The translations under genes and the position numbers were made by a program. The notes below the pieces were generated by a model. It did no database searches. It saw nothing but the letters and a program-made list of their open reading frames with translations, and had not been told where the DNA came from. 64,000 nucleotides of DNA from Azolla caroliniana (taxonomy: Eukaryota; Plantae; Polypodiophyta), in the NCBI GenBank assembly GCA_043228905.1, contig JBHGNT010000005.1, positions 8,680,001-8,744,000 on the forward strand, read 5' to 3'. Below, piece after piece: positions 27,553-39,391 of this stretch (the stretch's first letter is position 1; every line of letters starts with the position of its first letter).

Positions 27553-29308
27553 TTCTTTACAGGAGGTATATTTGATTAGACCTTATGCACATGCTTCGGT
27601 TGTTTTTTAAGAGATTTTAACTTCCTCACTTACCCTGCAATACAGCCAACTTGTGTCCCTAACCATTGTGATTCATAGTAGTTTAGAACATGTAGATGTC
27701 TTTGTAAAGCTGTTAGAGAACGCAAGATGATTGCAACATCTGAATATGTCAAGGGAAATCTTGTTTTGCAGAATCCATGATTTATTTACATAGTGTAAGA
27801 ACGTCATCAATTGAAAATCCAAGAGGCCTCCCAAAAGGAAACCCCTCTTGTAGCTAGAATTGAGCTTTGAAAGTATTTTGAAGTCAAGGTAATCTATGCT
27901 AGTGGCGACACAATGTAATCTCTTCTATACATGATCACAGATGTAATCTCTTCTATACATATCACAGCAAGTATATGATCTCATATGAGGATGTTTGTAA
28001 AATAAGAAGTATATGTGTAGCACATGGTGGCCATCTAATTGGCCCCAGCTCAAGTGACAAGTATATTGCCTCTTAGCTTTTAGTAATCAATGGGGCATAT
28101 AATGCATTAGCATCACATAATAAACAATAAGTTGTGGATGAGTATACTGTGATACTGCATCCTTTGGTGATGATGAAAAGTAAGAGCTACCATGCAACCA
28201 CGGTATCTATGCCAATGTTGAAACACTTGCATGCACGAGGTATTTTGAGAAAAAAAAAACAGAAGTTTGTGGAATCTACATTGCTTACCCCATCACACCC
28301 AACATTGTGAGATTAATTGGAAGATATTAAGGATGAGAATAGAATGGGGGAAAGAAGCTTGATCTACACTTAACGTGCCTTGCTGGATTCAGAGTGCAAC
28401 ATCATCAACAATATAATTGCATAAACTGTGGATAGTGTAGATTTATTAATACAAAAGATTCAAAATCTTTGGGTGTACTCATTGCATGTGATCGTATCAT
28501 AGAAGTACAAGATGTTTTAGTTATAAAATTAAATAAAGTTTAAAAAATTAGAATTTGCTCATAATATTTTTTTCGCATGCCTGAACAAGCTCATCAGTTC
28601 ACTTTAGCTTTCTCTGGTGCACCTTGCACAATTGAGAGTACAATATCATCACCATATTGAATGGTGAACAAAGACTAGTGTAATAAACCCATAAAAGGAT
28701 TCAGAATGTTGTGAGTCTAGCCCACTGCATAATGTTGTTGCAGAAACTGGAGAACCTGCCAGTTACGCATGTGCATGATGGTGTCATAGAATCCAGAAAT
28801 AGTTGTCTACCCATTTCGTATAAGGGAGTGTCATAGAATCTTCAGATTATTAAGTCTACCTTTTGCATACAGTGGTTTTGTAGAAACTCAAGATGTCGAC
28901 CCATTGGTAATGGCATCATTGGAAATGAAGATGTTCGATTCCACTCGCTACATCTTGAGGCATAGCATGATCAGAGCTCAAGCTTCACCCCTATACTGAC
29001 GAGGTAATTGTTGACACGTGTATGTTCTCCAAGGATAGTTGGATTGAACCAACTTGGAGCTTTGCTTATGAAATGTTTTTAGCCTGGCTCTTTCTGTGTG
29101 GTTTAATAGATGTGATGTCACTTCATCTGACATATGTAATGCATCCTCACAATATCATTTTGGACACGTCCTCTTCTATTACATGGTTTGTAATCCTTGC
29201 ACCTTGGTCATGTAAGATGCAAAGCTTGACCTATTTCTTGACATGTCTTCAGATTCTTTGCAACAACCATGAAAAGACATCATCCTTGTTTTCTGAACTC
29301 ATACATCA

Positions 29309-31561
29309 TTAACTTGGCATTCTCTCATGTTCCAATGCAGTTTGGGAGTTGATTTGAACAATGTGTTCAAAATGCTGCCTTGCCAAGTTGACATTATTGT
29401 GAACTACACAATTCGTAAGCATAGATGTCAGCATTACCACATTAGGAGGCATAGGCATTCCCTGGATAAATCCTGAAGCCTCCTTTAAGTATCCTGATCG
29501 ACTTAAGAGGTCTAGCATGGAGGCATAATGATCAATGCAAGGTGCAACATCATGATGTTCTGCCATTATTCTGAAGAATAGATGGCCCTCTTTCAAAAGA
29601 CCACTATGACAGCATGCAACAAGAATGCTTGAAAATATTACATGATTAGGCCTCAAACCCTGGTTTATCATGATATTTATACATTCAGCAGTTTGATGTA
29701 GGCTACCATGTTGAGCATATCCTGCAATAAGAGCACCCCAAGCCATTACATTTCTATTGTGTAATCTATCAATCACACACCGAGCTTCTTCTAGATGTCC
29801 ATTCTTTGCATACATATCAATGATTGCTGAACCAACTGCAACATCAGAATCTATGTTGGTTATAACTACCTGATCATGCATCCACCTTCCTTCACAAATA
29901 GCACCTGTATCCCCACATGCTTTTAACATGCATAAACAAACAACTTTATCTGGAAATACCCCCGACATTATCATTTGTTGAAAAAGATCAAGAGCATGAA
30001 CACTGTTACCATGTTCAACATGTCCCCAAATCATCGAAGACCAAGATACAATGTTTCTCCTTGGAAAATCCTGAAAAAGCTTTTTGGCATCCTCTAAGCT
30101 CCCAAATTTTGCATACATATCGATCATTGCACTTGTTATTACAACATCGAGTAGAACACCATTTTCAATTACTCTGTGGTGTTCAAATCTTCCTAATCGT
30201 TTTTCTCCTGCGCAAGCACATGCTTTCATTATATGTACAGAAGTTATTATACTTGGTGCAATACCCTCGTTCTGCATTTTACTGACTAATTTCAACGCCA
30301 AAACATATTTCCCATTCTGAACATGTCCTGAGATCAATGCTCCCCATGTCATGGCATTACAACTCTTTAGTTTTCTAAATATTTCGTATCCTTCGTCAAG
30401 GCTGCCACATTTTCCATACATATCAATCAGGCTACTTGCTATAGCAAAATCAGACTCTAGAGCATATGTCATGATATGATTATGAACTAATCTTCCTTCA
30501 ATGACCCTATTCAGACTACTACATGCCTTCAAAATGCATAGGAATATGACTTTGCTAGGTTCAATTCTGTTCGCCAACATCTTTCCATATAACTGCAAAG
30601 CATGGAGACCACCATGTTCATAGTCAACATAGCCTGATATCAAAGCGCCCCATGAAATAACATCTTGATTAACTGAAAGCAAAAAGATCCTATGTGCGTC
30701 TACCAAGAAACCATGTTTACCATACAAATGAATGATGGAATTGCTGATTTCTAAATCTGTATCAAAACCACATTGTACAGTGAGGTTATGAAGAATACGC
30801 CAGCCGTTTTTCCATATGGTATCAAGTGAACATGCTTTTAATACTCCTAAAATTATAGCTTTTCCCAAGTTCAACCCACATTTCTGAAACTCAAAAAATA
30901 GTTCAATGGCTAGAAGGTCATGTCCATTGTCAGCATATGCTGAGATTATCGTGCCACATGCCACATCATCTTTATGCAATAGTTGATCGAACACTTTCCT
31001 TGATTCAATTAAACTTCCATTACTTGCATATGCATGAACAAGAGTGTTTCCAATCCTCTTGTCAGATGCTAATTCATTCCTAATCACATAATCATGCACA
31101 CTCAAGCAACTCAAACGACAAACACAACATTGCAACAACGAAAGCACCGTACACCTATCAGGTTTTATGAAATCCATGTCCATTTTGTACAAGGAATTAA
31201 ATACGACTTCTTGATCCACACCAATGTATGCAGAAATGACTGCATTCCAAGTATATACAGTTGGTTTTTCAACTTTACAGAAGGTCAGAGCGACTTCGAA
31301 CAAACTTCCATTGATGGAGAAGAAACGAATGAAGTGATCTGAAAGAACGGAGATTATGTCAAGTCCACTACAAACCATGATGATGTGTAATTTCCTACTG
31401 GATTTTAAGTCTTGGAGATGGATGCATTTCTGCAGGAGATTGTATAATCTGTCTCTTGACAGAAGATATCCACTTTGGAAGAGACGATCTACAGCCTCGA
31501 TTTCTTGGTGTAATAGGTTTCTGTTCATGGTTCGATGGAGGGAGATTATGTGGAGTTTCAA
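29309..31561 (-). CDS. PLS-class pentatricopeptide repeat protein with truncated E domain and no DYW
   Basis: Intronless 750-aa ORF with repeated LIDMYGKCGSL..A, WGALISGY and ILKAC motifs, then ACCHSGLLKEG...HYASMLDLLSRSG...MPMPPN. It stops early in the E region. Confidence 0.9.
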   Translation of the reverse strand: MKLHIISLHRTMNRNLLHQEIEAVDRLFQSGYLLSRDRLYNLLQKCIHLQDLKSSRKLHIIMVCSGLDIISVLSDHFIRFFSINGSLFEVALTFCKVEKPTVYTWNAVISAYIGVDQEVVFNSLYKMDMDFIKPDRCTVLSLLQCCVCRLSCLSVHDYVIRNELASDKRIGNTLVHAYASNGSLIESRKVFDQLLHKDDVACGTIISAYADNGHDLLAIELFFEFQKCGLNLGKAIILGVLKACSLDTIWKNGWRILHNLTVQCGFDTDLEISNSIIHLYGKHGFLVDAHRIFLLSVNQDVISWGALISGYVDYEHGGLHALQLYGKMLANRIEPSKVIFLCILKACSSLNRVIEGRLVHNHIMTYALESDFAIASSLIDMYGKCGSLDEGYEIFRKLKSCNAMTWGALISGHVQNGKYVLALKLVSKMQNEGIAPSIITSVHIMKACACAGEKRLGRFEHHRVIENGVLLDVVITSAMIDMYAKFGSLEDAKKLFQDFPRRNIVSWSSMIWGHVEHGNSVHALDLFQQMIMSGVFPDKVVCLCMLKACGDTGAICEGRWMHDQVVITNIDSDVAVGSAIIDMYAKNGHLEEARCVIDRLHNRNVMAWGALIAGYAQHGSLHQTAECINIMINQGLRPNHVIFSSILVACCHSGLLKEGHLFFRIMAEHHDVAPCIDHYASMLDLLSRSGYLKEASGFIQGMPMPPNVVMLTSMLTNCVVHNNVNLARQHFEHIVQINSQTALEHERMPS

Positions 31562-31949
31562 CGAGATGATGATGATTTATTATCATTCCCAGGGACCCAA
31601 TAACGTGACCATCAAGACCTAAGGAAATCGTTACAAGAGACTCTAGTAGTAAGCGCTTAGCCTATAGGGGTGCTTGTAATGCAAAAAGTAATACATGTAT
31701 ATCACATAAAGTCAAGAATATGCATGATCATATATATTTGAGACATTATTGAAATGTATTATGCAAGGTACAAATGTCTAATAAGAGCAAAAGTTTCTCA
31801 TATAGTTGGGTGCTTGTCATGATGAAATAGATGAAAAGATGGGAAGTAGATGATTTATTGGAGTACTCATGTGATATTATGAGGTATGTGATCATCCACA
31901 AGGATAGATTATTGAAGTACTAGTGATAAAGTATCAAGATTGGAATATT

Positions 31950-32430
31950 TCATTGCAAATGTGACGCCTCAATATTGACTCCAATGCAAGGCAAGAGTGT
32001 CATAATGTACATCTTATTACCCCCATCAATCTTGGCTCTCAGAGAACCTTTATACTTCTTCAAACTCGCTCACACAATATGTGTTGAGGAAACATCAATA
32101 ATTCATCACCCAAGTATGAAGATATGCAATGAAAACCTAGTGAAAGATGAATATCACTTATTGCTCACATGCTCAAGATACAATTAAAATTGTCAAGAAT
32201 ATGATGACTTATTAGATGATCATGATAATTTAAGTATCATACTCAAATATCCACCAAGAAGTGTGAGAATAAATGTGCATCCACCATTGTCACATAGAGA
32301 GTTTTAACTTTGGATTAATTGAAACCCACTTTATCAAGGAAGGAGACACATACAATATGGGATGTTTATTCGGTCTCATTGGTCAAATTTGGCCTGCTCG
32401 TGGAAGACACCAAATCTAATCTAATCTAAT
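31950..32430 (+). mobile_element. Old 5'-truncated non-LTR retrotransposon 3' end
   Basis: Residual KICNENLVKDEYHLLLTCSRY resembles the ORF2 C-terminus of the 55.8-57.3 kb LINE. 3' motif GGTCTCATTGGTCAAATTTGGCC, then an (ATCTA)n tail at 32413-32430. Confidence 0.65.
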
Positions 32431-33672
32431 GGCGAGGGCACCTTCGACCCCACACGAGTTTGTGTGCCCTTATTTAACGCCATGCCATTTAATTACTTGC
32501 ATGTATATGATCCTTGCTTCACTTTGTGAGTGCATGTAGTGATTTTAGTGCCATTCAAACCTTCTTCCATTGTCTCGTCAATTACTAGAACACTTGCTTA
32601 TACAAAATGGTTGGACACATGTATGCTTGCCGCCTTGGCATTTATGCAAACATATCATTTGGCAATCATATTAACTAATAGGAATAATAAAGTTTAAATT
32701 ATCTCTAAAAATGGCACCCCATTGGTTAAAGCTTGGATGTATGTATGCAATAAAGATCATGGATTCAAGTCTCCTTGTGCCCTTAATGATATTTTATATA
32801 GAGATGCTCATGAACACTTGTTCCTTGGTACCAAATATTCCTACACACAATAATATGACATCATAACATGGTCCATTGCTCCTATTTCCTAATCAACCTT
32901 TATGTTGATACGTGCAATGTTTTAATCCTAATTTTTTGTCGATATGGTACAATTGAAGCTAATGATATTTATTCGAAACTCGTGAGACTTGAAAATTGTC
33001 ATATTTTGATACAACAAATGAAGAGCATCATAATCTCAATATGGGCATGCTTACAAAAGCTTTGATAAAAATGGTCATCGAAACCCCAAATGATCATATA
33101 ACACAATCATATGGTATATGTTCATGTAGTTGAATCAAAAGATGATATGAGTCTCACTTGAAATTATTGTATTACTATTTAGGAAATCGCCTTTGTACCA
33201 TGAGTATTAAAGGTACATATAATAACCTTTATACACGCAAAATTTAGAGCTCAAAATGACGACTTCCTCCATAGAGACTAAGTGACCACTAATGAAGAAT
33301 ACCTTTTGTTATGTAGCGATCACTCCTTGACACAACACATTGTTACACTTGGCAATACATTGATAACTCCATTGATTGAATTTAGGGCAACTTAGAGGTG
33401 CGGTGTCAACCTATGTCACTATTACCTACTTGAATTCGTAATGTCATAGAGTCGAGCGAAGTGATTGTTTGACCATGAAGATGTCGTAGATGCGTTATAC
33501 ACGCAAAGGCATGGAACTTCTCTTGAATTCACGTAGAAATCTCGACATGTTCCCCATAGAGTCCATTTCATGCATGTGAAGGGAAAACACTATCGATGAA
33601 CGAGAGATGTTAGTAACCGAAAGATTTGTAGGGAGCCAAGAGTAGTGTGGTGTGTCGCGGGTTAAAAAACAA

Positions 33673-33885
33673 AGCCCATTTCAACAACAATAATAGTAAC
33701 GATTGAAAGGGGGGGACCAAAAACACTCGTTTATGTACATACATATTGCGGTGTGCATGTGTTCACACACAATACATACATATATATAACAAACGTTGTG
33801 AGGGCCCAGGGGGAAGCCATTATTGGCCATCCGGCCGTCAAGACTGACGGCAAGGTTAACGGCCGGTTGACCCAAGAAACCCTAA
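33673..33885 (+). promoter_or_regulatory. Pumilio proximal promoter: site II elements, inverted TGACG pair and telo-box
   Basis: AGCCCA at 33673, GGCCCA at 33803, CCGTCA-agac-TGACGG at 33835-33850 and AAACCCTAA at 33877-33885. These lie upstream of a pyrimidine-rich untranslated exon ending at a GT donor after 34207. Confidence 0.45.
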
Positions 33886-34569
33886 AATCGGGGTGGGGAG
33901 ATCGTGGCCGTGGAAGGGTGTAGGGAATCGACGGCGCACATCTGTCGTCAGGCGCTTCCTCTTCTCCCCGCCCGCCTTCGCTGGGTTTGTTTTTCTGCGT
34001 GTTTTTTTTTGTTGTTTTTGTTTTGTTTTGTTTTGTTTTGTTTGTCTCGTCGCCCCATCGCCATCGCCATTCTCTCGAATTCTCTCTTTCTCTTCCTCAA
34101 TTCGCCATTTCCTGTGTCCCCTCTCAAAAGTAAAGAAACACTGAAAACAGAATCTCGCTTTCGAACCACGTTTCCCCAGCTCTCCATCGGACCCTAACAT
34201 TGTGCAGGTATTCTACATTTTCTTCTTCGTTTTTCTTTTCTTTTCCTTGTTTTGTATACGCATTCCGGCCACCCTGGAAGCTCATAATGATCTTTAAGCT
34301 CTTATATCCATATCTTTGCTCGTAATCGACAGTTTGGGATACAGAGCTTGTTCAAGGTCTGCTGACAATGATGCCTTTGTGCGAGCTCTGATCTACATAA
34401 GTGCAGGATTTACTAGCAATTAGGACCTCTTTTTGTTGTTCAATGCCTTCACAATTCTTCTTTTCTATGCAGTGTCGTTAATACTCGAATAAGCATGAAC
34501 ATCTTGTTTTGATTTCCTAATCATAGCATTAATCTTTTGGTTTGGTTCCGGATAAATTGAGTATTTCAT

Positions 34570-35150
34570 CGTTTCACAAAAAATGACAATATGTTTTTTT
34601 TTTTTGCTTTTGGTCACCTGAGGTCCAACCTACCTCTTGGTTTGGTCTAGGATGACATTGTGTTTTTTGGATTCCTTCACATAAGAATGACTATAAGCTT
34701 TTCGGTTTTCTGTGTACAAGGTCAATATTATCTCAATTGTGTTTTCATTTATTTCACATAAGGATTGCATTTAGTATTTGGCCTGCTTCAAATTAGAAGG
34801 ACATTTTTTTGGTTTGCTTCAAGAAAGGACGGAATTGTATTTTGGATTCCATTGTGCACGACATGATGTTACTATGTTGTCTTCTGGTTTTCTTCATAAA
34901 ACGATGACATTGTGTTTTTCGGTTTTCTTCACGTAAAGATGATGCTATGATTTCTGCTTTTCTCAACATAAGAATGGAATTATGGTTGATCTGCCTCACA
35001 TGATGATAGAATTATGACATGGTATGCATCACATAAGTACAACATTATGTTCTGGTTTGCCCCATATACACATGGCATTGTGTGCTGCATTGCGTCACAT
35101 AAGGATTGCATTGTGTGCTAGTTTGCTGCACATAAGGATGGATGCATCTT
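34570..35150. repeat. Degenerate ~36-38-bp minisatellite in the Pumilio 5'UTR intron
   Basis: Recurrent CACATAAG(G/A)AT..CATTGTG core, about 9-12 recognisable copies. Confidence 0.6.
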
Positions 35151-35374
35151 GGAGTTGTTTGAAGTTAATGTTTTTAGGGACAACTTTTGCCTTGCAGATG
35201 GGCCTTTAATGTTGTTGTACATGAATTATGTCAACATTATTGTGCACGAGTCATGTCTGCAAACAAGCGATAGTAGTGCACGTTGATGGTAGCAGCAGAT
35301 GTAAATCTGATGTTGGTCAATGATATGATTTAGAAAGAGACAGTGTAAGAGGCACACATATTTTTCTTGTTCTA

Positions 35375-38300
35375 ATGGCAACTGAAAGCCCAATACATAT
35401 CATAGCGACCAATAGTGGGATGAAGGGAGGGGTCACCACAATGACTGAAAATATGAGATCTTCAGCCTCAGCTGTGATTAACGGCACGTCTGGTCAAGAT
35501 AGCGTTACTCAGGAACTTGGCATTCTATTAAGAAATCATTCTCGGCTTGATGCCATGGTCAAGTGGAAAGACTCTGTTCCGAATAGAAGTGGCAGTGCCC
35601 CACCAACTGTTGATGGATCTCTTGCTGCAATGGGAAACCTTTTTTCTTTGAGTATAGACGCTGGAAATAATGTTGCTAGCTCTGGATATGATGTTATTGA
35701 TCCAGAGCAAGAGCTTCGCTCTGACCCTGCATATCTGGCCTACTATTACTCTCACATCAACATGAATCCTCGACTCCCGCCCCCTATCGTTTCACAGAAG
35801 AATTATTTCCTTGCACACCAACTTGCTAATGGTGCATTGATGGATGGGAAAAAGCTTGACAACGACGAAAATAGATCTTTGTTTTCAGCTCCACCAATTC
35901 TTCCAACTCATAAAGAAGATATGGAGTCATTTGAGGATGAGAAGCTTCCGAGCAACCTGTCAAGACATGCATCTGATAATTGGATGGAGAGGGAATCTGA
36001 TGGCTCTTCAGGGTTATTGCATGGTTTGAGGCCAAAAAGCTTGGTGGACCTCATTCAGGTAAATTGTTTTAATTCATTGTTTCACTATGTCGTACTCCGG
36101 TTTTGGTTCTGTAAAAGTGTTCACCCATTTTCATTGCAGCAAGACTTTCCAAGAACACCATCACCTGTCTATACTCAAATACGGTCTTCAAGCCGACTTG
36201 CAAACGAGGAAGGCATAGATGGTGCTTCTGGAGGAGATCCTGTAATGCCAACTGCAACAGTCTCAGAGTTTAATACTGCACTATCACGTGCCTCAACTAC
36301 ATTAAACTCTCACATTCCGACACATAACCCATCTGGAGGCCATGCTATTGGGAAATTTTCCTCTGGATCATTGCCTAAGTTACCGGAACTCATAGCAAGT
36401 ATTTCTTCACCCCAACCTTTAAGCATGGGTGATGGTATTATGGATGATTTCCCAGGTTTGAAAGGCCCATCAAATTCAGGAATATCACATAGGCGTGGTT
36501 CATCTTTAGTTGATGATATAAATGCAGCTGGAGCTTCCAAGTTAGCAGCCACTTTGCAAGGGCTTAACTTTTCTTCCACTGATTCTCAAGAGTCATTAGG
36601 CCTTTCCTTGGATTCACAACATCTTCAGAATGTAACACATCAAGAACCTCATGCCAAGAAGTCGCAATACACTCATCAGCATAGCCAACATCCACGACCT
36701 TCACAAGGTCAGTCTCCAAGTGCTCATTATGAGGCATTTTCCCACACCCATCAGTGTGAGCAGCAGTTTTCTGGCTTAGAACAAAGCTCAATGACGCAAG
36801 GTAAACAGCATAGTTTTCTATCTCAGTCACAGAGTAATGGTGGCGCTTCAAATAATTTATATGCAGCTGCAGCTATGTCCCGTATGTCTGGGAACCCATA
36901 TTACCCCAATCTACAAGCACCAAACATGTATGGATCACAGTATGGCATGGCAGGTTATCTGATGACTTCCACTGATAACTCTGCAAAATTCACATCTCCA
37001 GCAGCCTATGAAAATACTGCTTCAGGGATTGCTGGCCGGTCCCTTGCATCTGGACTTGACACGCATCAATTGTATAAAAACATTAACCAGGGTGGTACCT
37101 TATCACAGTCTCGACTATCTGATCCTGTTTATCTGCATTATTTGCAGCAACAACAAGCTATTGACGATGGGCATAGTTCTCTGAGCACTTTACCACACTC
37201 TCGGTTATCTGATCCTGTTTATCTGCATTATATGCAGCAACAACATGTTGTTGATGATGTGCATGGTTCTATTAGTACGACTGATCCTACATTACTTCGA
37301 GAGTATTTGGCAGCGACACACATTGATAGACTTGAATCACAGAAAAGCAAGCAAAGCCCTTTTTTCAGTTATCCTTCGGAATATAAATCTCATCTTACTA
37401 GAGGTGGTTCACATGGTATGCAGATAGTAAACAAGATTGGTTCAGTCAATCCTAAATATTATGATGGTTCACCTCTTTTTGCAAATTCTGCGATCTCAAC
37501 TCCTGATTCTCTAAGGCTTTCCAGTAGAGGGGGTGTTGCTGGGGTATATGTTGGCTGGCAAGGTCAGAGGGTTGGTGATATCCCTGGGGAGTTGAAATGT
37601 TCGTCTCTGTTGGAAGAGTTGAAAAACAGTAAGACACGAAGGTTTGAACTGGGGGATATTGCAGGTCATGTGGTGGAGTTCAGGTGAATAAATTTCAGTG
37701 AGATTTTTTGGTTTGCTTAGTAATCTGTTTCAAGATGGATGTAGAAACTGACCGTTTTACCTGCTGTTATGGTTTTCTAGTGTGGATCAACATGGAAGCC
37801 GATTTATTCAGCAAAAGCTCGAAGTCTCATCCGCAGAGGGGAAAAACCTGGTATTTGAGGAAGTCTTACCACGAGCACTTACACTAATGACAGATGTGTT
37901 TGGAAACTATGTCATCCAAAAGGTGATCAAATATGTTGCTAATGTAAAGATGGAGGAATGATGTTCATGTTGTGATTAGTTTCAAATCTATACAGCTGAA
38001 TTGCTATTTGGAGCAATAGCTCTAAGAAGGCAAGGATAAATTAGTGTGACCAGATTATAGCAAAAATTAAAATTAGAGGTGAATGCTCATTAAGATGAAT
38101 TCAAATAACTTTATTTGCAGTTCTTTGAGCATGGCAGCCCTGAACAAAGGTCTGAACTTGCAAACCAACTGATGGGACATGTGTTGGAGTTGAGTCTTCA
38201 AATGTATGGATGTCGTGTAATACAGAAGGTACTGACATGGAGTTGTTTTTGTATCGCCAAATAGATCTGTTAGTCTGTCTTTACTAGATTTCATTGTTTT

Positions 38301-39391
38301 TGCAGGCACTAGAAGTTGTTGGTGTTGATCAGCAAGTTTGTATAGTGTCAGAACTCAATGGTCATGTCATGCGCTGTGTGCGTGATCAGAATGGAAATCA
38401 TGTGATCCAAAAATGTATAGAGTGTGTTCCTACTGAACATATACAGTTTATAATTTCAGCATGTTATGGACAGGTTGTGATGCTTTCAACACATCCTTAT
38501 GGCTGTAGAGTTGTCCAGGTTGACAATGTGGTTAGATGACTTTTATCTGTTTAAAACATCAATTCACTTTTTCACAAATTTCTTGGGTATTTTTAGCGTG
38601 TTCTTGAACACTGTACTGACGAGGAAAAACAGAACAGTATTGTGGAAGACATTCTACGTTCAACTTGTGATTTAGCACAGGATCAATATGGGAATTACGT
38701 TGTACAGGTCTCAATTGCACAGCAAAAACTATCATGAATTTGCAGAACAGAACTATATGTAGCTTCAGTTACTGATGTTTTTTTTTTTTACCTCTCAAAT
38801 GGCAGCATGTCCTTGAACATGGAAAACCGTATGAGAAAGCTGAAATAATGAAGAAATTAGCTGGCCAAATTGTACAAATGAGTCAACACAAATTTGCTTC
38901 CAATGTAGTTGAGAAGTGCCTAGAGTTTGGCGGTCCGAATGAACGCCAGATTTTGATTAGTGAGATGCTTGGCCATACTGACGAAAATGAGCCATTACAG
39001 GTAGTGTCTCTTAAAAGCTATTTTCCTCTTATGATGGGCAGTCATGGGCTGATGCTCGCACTTTTTCGGAAAATTTTCTTCATTAACATGAATTTTATGA
39101 ATTTTGTAGGCAATGATGAAAGATCAATATGCAAACTATGTAGTTCAGAAAGTTCTTGAAACGTGTGATGACCAACAGCGTGAGCTTCTGCTCTCTCGCA
39201 TCAAAGTCCATCTTCATGCTTTGAAAAAATATACATACGGAAAGCATATTGTTGCACGAGTAGAAAAGCTTGTAGCTGCCGGAGGTAAATGTATTTTTCA
39301 GCTATATTTTAAGCTATGTAAATTCACTCGAACACTTTTCTCATTGTAGTTCTTATTGGCAGAGCGCCGGAGTGCTCAAGTATCGATATAG
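35375..39391 (+). CDS. PUM: Pumilio/PUF RNA-binding protein (APUM1-6 type, NABP region plus PUF repeats)
   Basis: Coding exons 35375-36058, 36140-37683, 37781-37922, 38121-38228, 38306-38518, 38597-38707, 38806-39000, 39110-39284, 39363-39391. Motifs [36 protein letters not shown] and [12 protein letters not shown] repeats [53 protein letters not shown] and [13 protein letters not shown]. Confidence 0.95.

Noticed and set aside
34570-35150. CRISPR-like repeat/spacer appearance (also considered for 27193-27552)
   Set aside because: The context is a eukaryotic intron, the repeats are degenerate without unique spacers, and there are no cas genes.
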